A stretch of DNA of 32,000 bases from Sedimentisphaera cyanobacteriorum (GTDB lineage: Bacteria; Planctomycetota; Phycisphaerae; Sedimentisphaerales; Sedimentisphaeraceae): NCBI RefSeq assembly GCF_001997385.1, contig NZ_CP019633.1, positions 690,001-722,000 of the forward strand, given 5' to 3'. A program made the translations under genes and the position numbers. The notes beneath the pieces were generated by a model. The model did not search any database, was not told where the DNA came from, and saw nothing but the letters and a program-made list of their open reading frames with translations. Below are positions 1-10,455 of the stretch, piece after piece (the first letter of the stretch is position 1; every line of letters starts with the position of its first letter).

Positions 1-1005
1 TTCCTTACGGTGAGCCTGCCGAAATATACTGAGACTGATTCGCAGGAGCTGCAGCAGGTTGAAGACGAGTTCTTCAATGCAAGAACCGGTATTACTCCCG
101 AAATTGATGAGGTTAGCTTCCGCGAGGAAGCCAGAAAAGAGTATTCCCGCCTTCGAAGCGAAGGGCAGGTACCGCAGGATAAAACTATGCGGGAATACAT
201 AAATGAGTATGTTAATCAGAAAAAGTATCAGGCGGTTTCTGTAGCGGCTGGAGAAATGAAAGACTGGACTTTCAAGGATCTCAAACCGCAGGACAAACAA
301 AACGGCTTTATATATCTTAGATTTAAGTATGAAGCTTCTACGCCGCCGCCGGATAATATGATTGCCGGCAGATGGCTGATCGGCGATAAACGCCAGCTGG
401 AACAGGCCAAAAAAACGCAAACTCCGATTTATGACAGCTATGTAAGGAAAGATGCTGTCAAAACGTTCCACGAGATCAAAATCCCCGCTGCTGTTGTTCC
501 CGAAGACGGACAGCTGACTGTGGAATTTCAGAATTTGTATTTCAATAATACAACCGTGATACCGAGGGAGATCGAACTGCTCTATAAATCCGGGTCTTTC
601 GGTATGAACTACTTCAAAGCCAATTTACTGATTTTGATACGTCTGGTCTTCCTCACGGCAATGGGAGTCTTTCTGACTACTTGGCTGTCTTTCCCAGTGG
701 CGATATTTGTTTCTCTTGTCGTGTATTTTACCGGAATGGTAAACGGCTTTATCGTAGGGGCGATAGATTCGCTCACTCAGGGAATAGGGCTTATCTATAT
801 GTTCACTGTTAAGCCTCTGCTTCATCTTCTGCCCAGTTTCGATGGAGAAAGCAATCCTTCAGGCAAGATACTTTCTGCCCGTATGATAGGCTCTCTTTTC
901 CTTTTGGAAAAGACAGGCATAACGATAATTCTCAAGTCCGGAGGGCTTTTAGCCGCCGGTGCACTTGTATTCAACAGACGCGAGCTTGCTAAAGTAACCG
1001 TGTAA
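1..1005 (+). CDS. Polytopic membrane protein, C-terminal part (5' end lies upstream of the window). Function unknown; the ABC-2-permease-like tail is only a guess
   Basis: Frame 1 is open from nt 1 (TTC CTT ACG GTG...), so the GTG at 10 is probably internal. A soluble region is followed by hydrophobic helices (ANLLILIRLVFLTAMGVFLTTWLSFPVAIFVSLVVYFTGMV, GLIYMFTVKPLLHLL, GGLLAAGALVF). TAA stop at 1003-1005, with a 7-nt gap to the next gene. Confidence 0.55.
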   Translation, partial: FLTVSLPKYTETDSQELQQVEDEFFNARTGITPEIDEVSFREEARKEYSRLRSEGQVPQDKTMREYINEYVNQKKYQAVSVAAGEMKDWTFKDLKPQDKQNGFIYLRFKYEASTPPPDNMIAGRWLIGDKRQLEQAKKTQTPIYDSYVRKDAVKTFHEIKIPAAVVPEDGQLTVEFQNLYFNNTTVIPREIELLYKSGSFGMNYFKANLLILIRLVFLTAMGVFLTTWLSFPVAIFVSLVVYFTGMVNGFIVGAIDSLTQGIGLIYMFTVKPLLHLLPSFDGESNPSGKILSARMIGSLFLLEKTGITIILKSGGLLAAGALVFNRRELAKVTV

Positions 1006-1012
1006 GGTTTTT

Positions 1013-2851
1013 ATGGCATATAAAAATATAATCATAACTATAATGCTTTTTGCAGTGGGATGCAGCATACTCTTTACATCCTCTCTGCAGTTAGACGATT
1101 TAAATAAATCACGCAAAGACCTTGACCTTGTGGCCAATAAGCCGCTCGAGAATGCGCCTCCTGCCCTTGCCTTCGCAACCGTAGCGATGGGAGCTTTTCG
1201 CGGGCTTGTTGTTGACATACTGTGGATGAGGGCGGATTCCCTAAAAGAAGAAGGCAAGTTTTTCGATGCAAAGCAGCTTGCTGAATGGATTACCGTCCTT
1301 CAGCCCCGCTTCAGCGCTGTATGGGATTTTCAGTCTTGGAATATGGCCTACAATATATCCGTGGCAATGCCTCCTTCCCAGCCTGAGGAGAGATGGAAAT
1401 GGGTGCGGAACGGATACGAGCTTCTAAGGGATAAGGGAATACCGCGGAATCCCAATTCTATCATACTATACAGATCGCTTGCGTGGATATTCCAGCACAA
1501 GATCAGCGGGGTAACTGATGATGTGCATAAATACTACAAGATTCAGCTTGCATTATCGATGCGTCCTTTGATATCTCCTTTAACTAATGAGCATTTCGAA
1601 AAGCTTTCGAATGCCCCTGAGACGCTTTCGCAGCTTACCGAATCGGATGAGTCCGCAGCTGAGCTTGTATCTAAGATGAGGGAATTTGCGCCGGATGTTT
1701 TCAGCGAAGAACTAACGGATTTGGAATTTGCAGGTGTATTCTTTGCTCTTCTTGATTCGGCAGGCGAGGGATACCCCGACCAGCTTGTTGAATTTGTAAG
1801 GGCGGAGATTGAAAGCCAGAGGTTTGAAAAACTGCGTAATTTCTGTCAGGCCTGCAAGCTGAGGCAGGAGTGGAAGTTCGATATAGACCTTATGAAAAAA
1901 GTCAATAAACGTTACGGCCCCGTTGATCTGAAAACAGGCGACAGGCTCCCTCTAAACTGGGAACACCCCGATGCCCATGCAATCTTCTGGGCTGAAAAGG
2001 GACTTGAAACGGCCGGCAGAGAAGGCGATTATTCAACCGATGAGCTCAATACAGACAGGATCGTATTTCACAGCCTCAAAAATCTTTACAGGATGGGCAA
2101 GTATGTGATTTACAATGTCCCGCTCAAGCTTCCCCGTTCTGATACCGACAAGCAGCGAGGCAATTTAGACAAGCCCCAGGATGAGCCCGAATACAAAGTT
2201 GGCAAAACGCTTTATATGCTCCCCGATTTGCGGATGTTTGATGCGTACAATCAGGCGCATTTAGACCGCATAGAAAAATACAGAGAATTTGAAGAGGCCA
2301 ATCTCAGACCTCTTAAAAACGGGCATAGGAATATCTTGAACGATGCAATCTTTACACTTTATATGGCAGGCCACCGCAAGAAGGCTGCCGAGGCGTTTAA
2401 GCAGCTCAAGGAGCTGTACCCAAGGGATGAAAATGACATGGCCCTCAAACAGTTCTGCCGAAACAGGATGGAAGAAGAGCTCGACGGGCTCACAATCACA
2501 GACGCCCGCGAGATGGTAACTATGATGCTCAAGGAGTCTTATTTCCGTTTTGCTGTGGGCGATGATGATATGAGCTCAGCAAGAGAAAAGATGGCGAGGT
2601 CTGTCGCAGACTACTACAAGAGAACATCCGGCACAGAGGACGTTGACAGGGCAATGCTTGCAGATTTTCCGAAGCTTAGATATATGGCTCTGATGGATTT
2701 CCTCAATGACGGCAAGTATCCCGACAATCTCAAGCAGAGCCTGCTTGCCAGAATCAAGAACAACAGACCTGATATTTACGAAAAACTCACTGCAGAGCGG
2801 GAAAAGGTGCAGAAAGAAGCGCCTCCTGAGGGAAAACTGAAAAACGAGTAA
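1013..2851 (+). CDS. Membrane-anchored / lipoprotein-like protein of unknown function (612 aa)
   Basis: ATG at 1013. N-terminal signal-like segment MAYKNIIITIMLFAVGC-S with a lipobox-like AVGC, and a second hydrophobic stretch ALAFATVAMGAFRGLVVDILW. Long uninterrupted ORF. I recognise no catalytic motif. Confidence 0.6.
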   Translation: MAYKNIIITIMLFAVGCSILFTSSLQLDDLNKSRKDLDLVANKPLENAPPALAFATVAMGAFRGLVVDILWMRADSLKEEGKFFDAKQLAEWITVLQPRFSAVWDFQSWNMAYNISVAMPPSQPEERWKWVRNGYELLRDKGIPRNPNSIILYRSLAWIFQHKISGVTDDVHKYYKIQLALSMRPLISPLTNEHFEKLSNAPETLSQLTESDESAAELVSKMREFAPDVFSEELTDLEFAGVFFALLDSAGEGYPDQLVEFVRAEIESQRFEKLRNFCQACKLRQEWKFDIDLMKKVNKRYGPVDLKTGDRLPLNWEHPDAHAIFWAEKGLETAGREGDYSTDELNTDRIVFHSLKNLYRMGKYVIYNVPLKLPRSDTDKQRGNLDKPQDEPEYKVGKTLYMLPDLRMFDAYNQAHLDRIEKYREFEEANLRPLKNGHRNILNDAIFTLYMAGHRKKAAEAFKQLKELYPRDENDMALKQFCRNRMEEELDGLTITDAREMVTMMLKESYFRFAVGDDDMSSAREKMARSVADYYKRTSGTEDVDRAMLADFPKLRYMALMDFLNDGKYPDNLKQSLLARIKNNRPDIYEKLTAEREKVQKEAPPEGKLKNE

Positions 2852-2881
2852 GGCTCTGTATTGATTTTTGCTGAGGAATTT

Positions 2882-5062
2882 ATGGCTCAATCATTCTCAT
2901 TTGACCAGCTAACCCCATCCCAGAAAGAAGCAATAGAGCACAAGGATGGGCCGCTTTTGATTATCGCCGGCCCGGGCAGCGGGAAAACACGCACTGTAAC
3001 GTGCCGAATTGCAAGGCTCGTGGAAAAGGGCGTTTCCCCGTGGAGCATCTGCGCTATTACATTCACAAATAAAGCCGCTGATGAGATGAAGCAGAGGGTT
3101 CGTGAGATGGGTGTTCCGAGGGGGGCTCAGATAAGCACCTTTCACTCATTATGCGTGAGGATTCTGCGCGAGTTCGCTGATTATGCTGGCGTTAAAAGCA
3201 CTTTCAGCATATATTCAGATGCCGAGCAGAAGGCCTGCATCAAAGAAGTGATTAAGGCGAGCAATCAGTCAACTAAGAATTTTCCGCCTGCAAAGGTCCT
3301 TTCATATATCTCAAACTACAAAAACGACCTCTTCGACCCCGATGAAGCTGTCAAAATGGCGGACGGTTTCCAGCAGAAGATGGTGGCAAAATTATTCAAG
3401 CGATACCAAAACCGGCTCATACAGAACAACGCACTGGATTTTGACGATCTGCTCACTAAAACAGCCTTTCTGATAAAAAATTATCCCGAGATTAGAAAGC
3501 AGCTCAGCGACAGGTATAAATATATCCTCGTTGATGAGTATCAGGACACAAATCACGCCCAGTACCAGATTGCAAAAGGTCTCGCTTTGGAGCATGGGAA
3601 TATTTGCGTAACCGGCGACCCTGACCAGTCCATATACCGCTGGCGTGGGGCTGACATAAGGAATATTATGGCCTTCGAGAAGGACTGGCCTAATGCTAAA
3701 GTGGTAAAGCTGGAGGAGAACTTCCGTTCCTGTCCGGCAGTTCTTGAGCTTGCAGATAAGCTCATCTCCCACAACAGGCAGAGGAAAGAAAAGAATCTCA
3801 AGGCTGTTCGCAGTGAGGAGAAAAAAATTGTCTTTTCTCCTTTCGAAGACCAGAGGGAAGAAGGGCTGTCTATAGCCGGCAAGATCAATGAGCTTATCCA
3901 GCAGGGACACAATCCCAATGAAATCGCCGTGCTTTACAGAACAAACTCTATGAGCCGCTCCATCGAGGAGTCTTTCATTCGCGGGAAAGTCCCTTATCTT
4001 ATTGTCCGCGGCGTGGAGTTTTACAATAGAAAAGAAATTCGCGATATGCTCGCATATCTCAAACTTATCTCCAACCCCTCTGATTCGGTTGCACTTGAGC
4101 GGATAATCAATACACCCCCCAGAGGCATAGGCAAAACTACTTTGGAAAGGCTTAAACGATATGCCTCTAATAATGGCATTTCTCTCTGGCATGCCGCAAC
4201 CGAGGCAGACAGGGTAGAGATGTTGAGCAAAGCTGCGGCCGCGAAGGTAATAGAATTTACGAAAATGATTCAGGGCTTCCAAGATTTCAGCAGGCAGGAT
4301 AGCTTTGCGGTTTCGGATTTAATTGAAGATATATTCGAGTCTTCGGGTTTTAAAGCCGCACTCAAAAAATCTTCCGAGCAGGAAGACGCTGTTGAAAATA
4401 TAGAAGAGCTCATAAACAACGCTGCCTTCTTCGATAACGCTCAGCAGGAAGAAGACCAGCCCGGTGGGCTTGATGACTATCTTCAAATGATTTCTCTTTA
4501 CAGCGATGCAGATGCATACGACCCGGGAAGCGGAAAGGTTTCCCTTATGACTCTCCATGCCGCCAAGGGTTTAGAGTTTGACAATGTGTTTATAATCGGC
4601 CTTGAAGAGGGCATACTCCCCCATGAGAGGAGCAGTGAATCAGATTCGCAGCTCGAGGAGGAGCGAAGACTCTTTTTTGTAGGAATTACTAGGGCAAGGC
4701 TCAATCTTTTCATAAGCCAGACAAAATACCGGACTATATGGGGCAGGGAAATCAGGACTCTGCCTTCGCAGTTTATTTTTGAATGCGGATTGAAAACTGA
4801 AAGCTATACTGCTGTAAACGATACTGTTAAAGACAGCGTTGGCAGCTATCGAAGAACCGTAAGAGACGAAACCAAGCGGAGCCGAACCTCTTCAAACGCA
4901 GCTTACTTTGCAGGTCAGCGGGTTAGTCACAGGAAATTTGGCGCCGGTGTGGTTAAAGAATATCTCGATTTAGGCGAGAATAGCGTTATTACAGTTAAGT
5001 TCGATAAGGGGCAGGTTAAAACTCTTGTACAAAAGTACGCCAAACTTGAGTGTTTGGATTAG
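2882..5062 (+). CDS. uvrD: ATP-dependent DNA helicase, UvrD/PcrA/Rep family (SF1A)
   Basis: Helicase motifs occur in canonical order: Walker A GPGSGKTRT, TFTNKAA, motif II DEYQDTN, QSIYRWRGA, NFRS, TLHAAKGLEFD, VGITRA. C-terminal Tudor-like tail (RVSHRKFGAGVV...TVKFD). ATG 2882 is preceded by GAGGAA (2874-2879); the TTG at 2861 in the ORF track is less likely. Confidence 0.92.
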   Translation: MAQSFSFDQLTPSQKEAIEHKDGPLLIIAGPGSGKTRTVTCRIARLVEKGVSPWSICAITFTNKAADEMKQRVREMGVPRGAQISTFHSLCVRILREFADYAGVKSTFSIYSDAEQKACIKEVIKASNQSTKNFPPAKVLSYISNYKNDLFDPDEAVKMADGFQQKMVAKLFKRYQNRLIQNNALDFDDLLTKTAFLIKNYPEIRKQLSDRYKYILVDEYQDTNHAQYQIAKGLALEHGNICVTGDPDQSIYRWRGADIRNIMAFEKDWPNAKVVKLEENFRSCPAVLELADKLISHNRQRKEKNLKAVRSEEKKIVFSPFEDQREEGLSIAGKINELIQQGHNPNEIAVLYRTNSMSRSIEESFIRGKVPYLIVRGVEFYNRKEIRDMLAYLKLISNPSDSVALERIINTPPRGIGKTTLERLKRYASNNGISLWHAATEADRVEMLSKAAAAKVIEFTKMIQGFQDFSRQDSFAVSDLIEDIFESSGFKAALKKSSEQEDAVENIEELINNAAFFDNAQQEEDQPGGLDDYLQMISLYSDADAYDPGSGKVSLMTLHAAKGLEFDNVFIIGLEEGILPHERSSESDSQLEEERRLFFVGITRARLNLFISQTKYRTIWGREIRTLPSQFIFECGLKTESYTAVNDTVKDSVGSYRRTVRDETKRSRTSSNAAYFAGQRVSHRKFGAGVVKEYLDLGENSVITVKFDKGQVKTLVQKYAKLECLD

Positions 5063-5219
5063 TCGGCTATCAAAAGCACATAATAAACGGCAAAGTTCTT
5101 TTGCCAATATTTAAGCTTTGATGTTTAGCTCGATTGTGTAGAATAGTGTCTTATAATATATTAGGCCTTGATCATTTGAGTATTGAAAAAGAAATTTTAA
5201 CAGATATTATGTGGATATT

Positions 5220-7541
5220 ATGGTGAAAACGATATTACAAAGTTTAACTGCATTATTGGTTATCAGTTTCACTCTGCACGCTGCAGAGCTTGAGGCTGAA
5301 AAGCTCGACAGAATATATTCACCGCAAACCGCTCAGACGTTCCATAATATTGCTTGCGATATTCTTGAACCGGAGTACGTGAGCGTTCGCGATGCCAAAG
5401 AGGCTATTGTGCTGATTAAGGCGGCGCACAAGCTTGATGAGACTATGAACAATATGCTTCCCCAGCTTCTTGATGCTGTCGAGATAGACTCAGAGACCGA
5501 CCATTCCGATTTCGTTAAGAAGCTTCTTTATCGGTATGTAACAGCTTCCAGTGATTCTGAGCTCGCTATGCGAGGTATTTCATATCTGTTGAATCAGGCT
5601 CCAACACGCGAAAGAAGGGAACAAATTCTCGATGCATTCAACAGCGATATCGGCTCAACGAACGAGCAGTTCTCATCAAGGCTCAGCACTTTTCTCGGCT
5701 CTCTGATTGCAGAAACTGGCGACTTTAAACGGGCTTCAAGGCAGTTCAAGCTGGCTTACGAGAAAGACCCTTACAATGTTGTGGCCTTTGAGAAGCTTTC
5801 TGAGATAGATCCCGAAAGCGTGAATGTGGTTAATATGGGGCCTTATCTTAGAAGAAAAATTGTATTAGACCCATACAGCCTTGAGCTTACGCTTGATTTT
5901 GCAGACTATGCCTTCAAATACGGCCTGTTCAAAATTGCCCGTGATACTTATCAATATGCCGCAGACCTGTTCGTTTATGATAACCCCGACCAGAAGATTC
6001 CTCAAAGAGTTTATATGCCTTGGGTTATCAGTGCATACAACGTACAGCACGGAGAAGCAAAGTGTATCAAGATTATTAACAGGATCCGTCAGCAGGGCGA
6101 TTTCAATATCTACGTTGAATACATTTCGATTATGTCTGAACCCCTCTCGCGTTCAGAGCGTATGGACAAGCTTTCAGGGCTTGCTGAAACAGGCGAGCAG
6201 ATGCTTGAAACAAACAATCCCATGATTACAGAGCAGCAGCTTGCATTCTTTTATTTCTTCCTCGACCGAAATACCCAAAAGGGAATTGAGATGGCAAAAA
6301 GGGCATACGCAAGGAACGCTGATTCTGTGGATGTAAGGGCGCTCTACGCATATTCGCTATTTGAGTCTGGTGATATGGAATCAGCTAAGCAGATTGTTGA
6401 AGAGATTAAAACTTACAATCAGATAGCCGCATACACAGGAGCAATGATAAATCTCGAGGAAAACAACGAAAGCGAGGCTGTGAAACTGCTGCGTTCCTGT
6501 ATAGAAATGCAGCCGGGAGAGCTCATCTCTCATAAGGCTAAGGAAGTTATGCGGGAGAATGAATCTACCTATGTTCCTGCTTATGATGCATTTACTCTCA
6601 GGCAGAATCTCGAGAAAGCCTTTGGAGACTCTCTAATACCAAAATTCTACCGGCCTGAAGATGTGATTACAACTAAGCTCAGCCTTAATGGTGTAGAATT
6701 CAGCTATGGTTCAAAGCTTGGGCTTTATGTGATAATTACAAACAACGGCAATCAGCCGATAGTTGTTAACGATAATGCCTTCTTCAAGGGAAATATTTTA
6801 GTTAAGGCGAAAGTTGCAGGCGATATAGAAGGCGCAAAGCCTATTGAAATAAGGAAAAAGATTACTCCTGTTTCACCTATACGCCCGGGTGGAACCCTTG
6901 CTGTTCCAATGCCTATAAAAACAGCAGCCCCCACCTTGGACAGGATCCTTGAGAGATTTCCGCAGGCGAATCTGGTTATTACGTTTCAGGCGTATTTCGA
7001 TTCTTATGAAAATGAATCCGGTGAGCTTGCCAGCAAGATTGTTCCCGCAACAACCACAGCCAAAAGGCTCGGCGTAGTGCTTACCGAAGACCTGCTCGAA
7101 AAAAGGATTCAGTCTCTTGAGGAAGGCTATGCAGGGCAAAAGATTAATACCCTCAGGCTTTTGGGTGGACTTGTAGCAGAGAGAAAGGCCGCAAAGAATT
7201 ACGGAGTTGTTTACAAGAGAAACGCTCTTCCTGATTCAGTTTTGAAACAGGCTTTTGATATAAGCCTTGCTGATATGAACTGGCAGGTGAAATTCCTTAT
7301 GCTCAACGTTCTTAGAAACGCATCCGATTTGCTCGATACGAAAGAGAAATTCTCAAATGCCCTCGATGACGACCATTGGCCTGTGCGTCTGCTTTCTTTA
7401 TACGCTCTTACAAATATCCCTCAAAGCAGCGATTTCCAAAAGGTAATAGACTGGATGTATCAGGCAGACGAGCAGGAGCTCGTACGCAAGATGGCCCTTA
7501 TAGCAGGTGCTGTACCTGAGGCAGCCGAGGAGGAGTATTAG
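5220..7541 (+). CDS. Exported TPR-like / HEAT-like repeat protein, function unknown (about 773 aa)
   Basis: Signal-peptide-like N-terminus (KTILQSLTALLVISFTLHAAE). Helical repeat body (e.g. AKRAYARNADSVDVRALYAYSLFESGDMESAKQIVEE), a beta-rich middle, and C-terminal HEAT-like repeats (DDDHWPVRLLSLYALTNI, ELVRKMALIAG). Start is ATG 5220 or GTG 5211. Confidence 0.6.
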   Translation: MVKTILQSLTALLVISFTLHAAELEAEKLDRIYSPQTAQTFHNIACDILEPEYVSVRDAKEAIVLIKAAHKLDETMNNMLPQLLDAVEIDSETDHSDFVKKLLYRYVTASSDSELAMRGISYLLNQAPTRERREQILDAFNSDIGSTNEQFSSRLSTFLGSLIAETGDFKRASRQFKLAYEKDPYNVVAFEKLSEIDPESVNVVNMGPYLRRKIVLDPYSLELTLDFADYAFKYGLFKIARDTYQYAADLFVYDNPDQKIPQRVYMPWVISAYNVQHGEAKCIKIINRIRQQGDFNIYVEYISIMSEPLSRSERMDKLSGLAETGEQMLETNNPMITEQQLAFFYFFLDRNTQKGIEMAKRAYARNADSVDVRALYAYSLFESGDMESAKQIVEEIKTYNQIAAYTGAMINLEENNESEAVKLLRSCIEMQPGELISHKAKEVMRENESTYVPAYDAFTLRQNLEKAFGDSLIPKFYRPEDVITTKLSLNGVEFSYGSKLGLYVIITNNGNQPIVVNDNAFFKGNILVKAKVAGDIEGAKPIEIRKKITPVSPIRPGGTLAVPMPIKTAAPTLDRILERFPQANLVITFQAYFDSYENESGELASKIVPATTTAKRLGVVLTEDLLEKRIQSLEEGYAGQKINTLRLLGGLVAERKAAKNYGVVYKRNALPDSVLKQAFDISLADMNWQVKFLMLNVLRNASDLLDTKEKFSNALDDDHWPVRLLSLYALTNIPQSSDFQKVIDWMYQADEQELVRKMALIAGAVPEAAEEEY

Positions 7542-7547
7542 CAGGAT

Positions 7548-7991
7548 TTGAATCAAAGACCAGCTCAAAATCAAAATGCAGGGGCGATCAGCGTTTGGAG
7601 ATGGATAGTTCTCATAGGCGTGCCAGTGGGCTGGCTTTTGATATGGCTTATGGGCAGTGAAATTATAAGCGGCGAGTCTGTATTCGGGATCTGCGGATTC
7701 CGTCAGAAGCACGACTTGCCCTGTCCATTTTGCGGGATGACCACTTCAGCGAAGTTTTTTCTTGATGGGAACCTCTTAGGCTCTCTAAAAGCTCAGCCTG
7801 CGGGCTTTATATTCTGCATATTCAGCATTGTGGTTTGGATTGAATCTGCAATTCTGCTTATACCTGCGGTAAGGCTGAAGAGAAGCTTTTTTGTTAAGTG
7901 GAAATTACGGGTTTTATTATTGTCTGCTTTGCTTATAATCTTACTATCTTGGGGCTGGAAGATTTATTATGAGACTTATTTTTATGACTAA
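7548..7991 (+). CDS. DUF2752-family small membrane protein
   Basis: Several TM helices plus the CPFCGMTT motif characteristic of DUF2752. TTG start lies 6 nt after the upstream stop. Confidence 0.6.
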   Translation: MNQRPAQNQNAGAISVWRWIVLIGVPVGWLLIWLMGSEIISGESVFGICGFRQKHDLPCPFCGMTTSAKFFLDGNLLGSLKAQPAGFIFCIFSIVVWIESAILLIPAVRLKRSFFVKWKLRVLLLSALLIILLSWGWKIYYETYFYD

Positions 7992-8649
7992 AAGAAATAT
8001 AATTTTAATTTTATTTGTTTCTGCGGCAATTTTTGCCGGAGGCTGCAAGCTTGCCGGCATATTAGCAGCAGGACCATCGAAGCAGTATATACTTCCTGAA
8101 TACGACTTGAAGCCGGATCTGCAGGAGAAGATATATATTTATGTCTCTCAGCCTGCTTGGATTGATACCCCTGTAAATATCAGGCAGGAAATAGCAGACA
8201 AGATGAAGGCTTATATTAAGATGAATTTCAAGAAAGAATACGTTCCCGAAAATATCCTTACATACAAAGACGCTTCTTTCGCAAATAACAACACAGCAGA
8301 CCTCAATCCTTCCGGCGCTGCTGAAAAGCTTGGAGCGAAGAAAATGTTTTACATAGAGATTCAGGGACTTGATATCATCCGCCTTTCTCATCAGTTCGGG
8401 TATTACTCTGCGGAGATGAAAATCGGGGCATTGTATTATGATATCACTCAAGATAAGAAGCTCTGGCCAGCAGGAAGTGAATATAAGGTGCTTAAATATG
8501 ATATTGAGTGCGAAAAAGGAGCAGAAAAACTCGGCTCAAAACTTGCAACTGCAAACGCACATTGTATATTAAGACATTTCTATAAATGTAAGAAAACTAA
8601 ATTCAAAGTTGCTGAAGAAGCTGTTGATACTGATTTTAGCGATTGGTAG
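7969..8649 (+). CDS. Lipoprotein, function unknown
   Basis: MRLIFMTKRNIILILFVSAAIFAGGC-K is a signal peptide with a lipobox cysteine. GGAAG (7957-7961) lies 7 nt upstream of ATG 7969 (alternative ATG at 7984). The gene overlaps the DUF2752 stop. Confidence 0.6.
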   Translation: MRLIFMTKRNIILILFVSAAIFAGGCKLAGILAAGPSKQYILPEYDLKPDLQEKIYIYVSQPAWIDTPVNIRQEIADKMKAYIKMNFKKEYVPENILTYKDASFANNNTADLNPSGAAEKLGAKKMFYIEIQGLDIIRLSHQFGYYSAEMKIGALYYDITQDKKLWPAGSEYKVLKYDIECEKGAEKLGSKLATANAHCILRHFYKCKKTKFKVAEEAVDTDFSDW

Positions 8650-8687
8650 GTCTATCAGCTTTTATCAAAAGTTTTAATGGAGAACGT

Positions 8688-10271
8688 ATGTATAAGATAC
8701 TTATTGCAGACAAACTATCCCAAAAGGGAATTGATTTAATCAATTCTACAGAAGGCTTTGAGGCCGTTGTGAAAACAGGAATCAGCGAGGAAGAACTCTC
8801 TTCTATCATTGGCGATTATGACGGACTTATTGTCAGAAGCGCTACTCAGCTAACCGAAAAGGTTCTGGAAAATCCCGGCAGACTCAAGGGTGTTGCAAGA
8901 GCAGGTGTAGGCGTTGATAATATAAATATTCCTGAGGCAACGCGCAAGGGTGTTCTGGTTATGAATACCCCTGGCGGAAATACGCTCAGTGCAGCTGAGC
9001 ACACGATGGCTCTTATGCTGTCTTTGAGCAGAAATGTAGTGCCGGCGTGCGTTAAGATGAAATCCGGCGGCTGGGACAGAAAGCTATACGTCGGCAATCA
9101 GCTCAACAACAAGGTGCTGGGTGTTATAGGTCTTGGAAGAATCGGGATGGCAGTTATCAGAATGGCTGCTGGTTTTAATATGAAGATAGTCGGATATGAC
9201 CCGTTCTCAATACCAACTCAGGCCGAGAATTTCGGCGTTGAGATTACAGACTCCCTCGAGGAGATCTACAAAAAGGCTGATTTCATCACAATGCACATCC
9301 CGAGGAACAAAAACACCGAAAACCTCATTTCAAAAGAGCAGCTTGAGATGATGAAGCCCACTGCAAGGATTGTAAACTGCGCAAGGGGCGGGATAATAAA
9401 TGAAAACGACCTTTACGATGCTCTGGAGAATAACGTTATCGCAGGAGCCGCTCTGGATGTTTACAATGAAGAGCCCCCTGAGAACAGAAGGTTCGAGAAT
9501 CTCGATAACTGCCTTGTAACTCCGCATCTTGGTGCGAGCACTGAGGAGGCTCAGATCGGCGTGGCTCTTGAGGCCGCAGAAGTGTTGATGGATTCGATCA
9601 AAGGCGGCCCGATTAAGAACGCAATCAATGCCCCTGCAGTAAGCGAATCGGCTCCGAAGATCATCAAGTCTTACAGTGAGCTTGCTCGAAAGGTAGGCAG
9701 GCTTATGAACGTTCTCAAGGCAGGCAGGATAAAGAAAGTTGTGCTTGAATACCGCGGAACTATCGCTAATGAGGATGTTACTCCGCTGAAAACTTCTTTC
9801 TCGATCGGTTTGCTTCAGCCCAATTTCGATGTACAGGTTAATATCGTAAATGCAGGCTTCCTTGCTCGCGAGAGAGGCATATCAATTGATGAGGTGAAAA
9901 ATGAAGACTGCACGAACTTCTCTTCCTGCTTCACAGCCAAAGTGTCCACAGAAATAGGCAACTATTCTGTAACCGGCACATTGTTCGACGATAACATAAT
10001 GAAGATTGTAAGCATAAACGGCTATGAAACCGAATTCACACCGGCCGGTCTGATTATGCTTGCTCTATATAGAGACAGGCCCGGCGTTATCGGCTCTATA
10101 GGTACCGCCTGCGGGAAGTATGATATCAATATCGGTACTATGAGCGTAGGCCGCAAAGACGGCAAAGCGATGATGGCTCTCAGCCTCGACCAGAATTTGG
10201 GCAAAGAGGCGCAGGGGGCTCTTGATGAAGTAGATTCTGTTGAGAAATACACAGTATGCGATTTTGATTAG
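8688..10271 (+). CDS. serA: D-3-phosphoglycerate dehydrogenase, long form with C-terminal regulatory (ASB/ACT-like) domains
   Basis: MYKILIADKLS N-terminus, NAD-binding GVIGLGRIGMAV, 2-hydroxyacid dehydrogenase core (NCARGGIINE, TPHLGAST), and a ~200-aa C-terminal extension. ATG 8688 is preceded by GGAGA (8679-8683). Confidence 0.9.
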   Translation: MYKILIADKLSQKGIDLINSTEGFEAVVKTGISEEELSSIIGDYDGLIVRSATQLTEKVLENPGRLKGVARAGVGVDNINIPEATRKGVLVMNTPGGNTLSAAEHTMALMLSLSRNVVPACVKMKSGGWDRKLYVGNQLNNKVLGVIGLGRIGMAVIRMAAGFNMKIVGYDPFSIPTQAENFGVEITDSLEEIYKKADFITMHIPRNKNTENLISKEQLEMMKPTARIVNCARGGIINENDLYDALENNVIAGAALDVYNEEPPENRRFENLDNCLVTPHLGASTEEAQIGVALEAAEVLMDSIKGGPIKNAINAPAVSESAPKIIKSYSELARKVGRLMNVLKAGRIKKVVLEYRGTIANEDVTPLKTSFSIGLLQPNFDVQVNIVNAGFLARERGISIDEVKNEDCTNFSSCFTAKVSTEIGNYSVTGTLFDDNIMKIVSINGYETEFTPAGLIMLALYRDRPGVIGSIGTACGKYDINIGTMSVGRKDGKAMMALSLDQNLGKEAQGALDEVDSVEKYTVCDFD

Positions 10272-10301
10272 TTCCGCTGGGCACATTTAAGCTGAAATCT
10301 T

Positions 10302-10332
10302 AAGGGGCAAGTTTCGAGCTTAGCCCCTTTTT
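10302..10332 (+). terminator. Rho-independent terminator after serA
   Basis: AAGGGGC (10302-10308) pairs with GCCCCTT (10323-10329), followed by a T-run. Confidence 0.6.
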
Positions 10333-10455
10333 GTATTCTCTCGGCATTCTGGAAAGCCGGAAAACCTTTTGCTCGGCGGGTGGTTATCCGCAGAAATTTC
10401 ACTATAATCATCATTTTAAAGCAAAAACTTCTTAAGTTTATAGAGTCAGCCTGAA

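Noticed and set aside
3392-4282. 296-aa ORF on the - strand inside the helicase gene
   Set aside because: It is fully antisense to a region carrying ordered SF1 helicase motifs on the + strand. It has no recognisable motif, SD or signal, so it is a typical shadow ORF.
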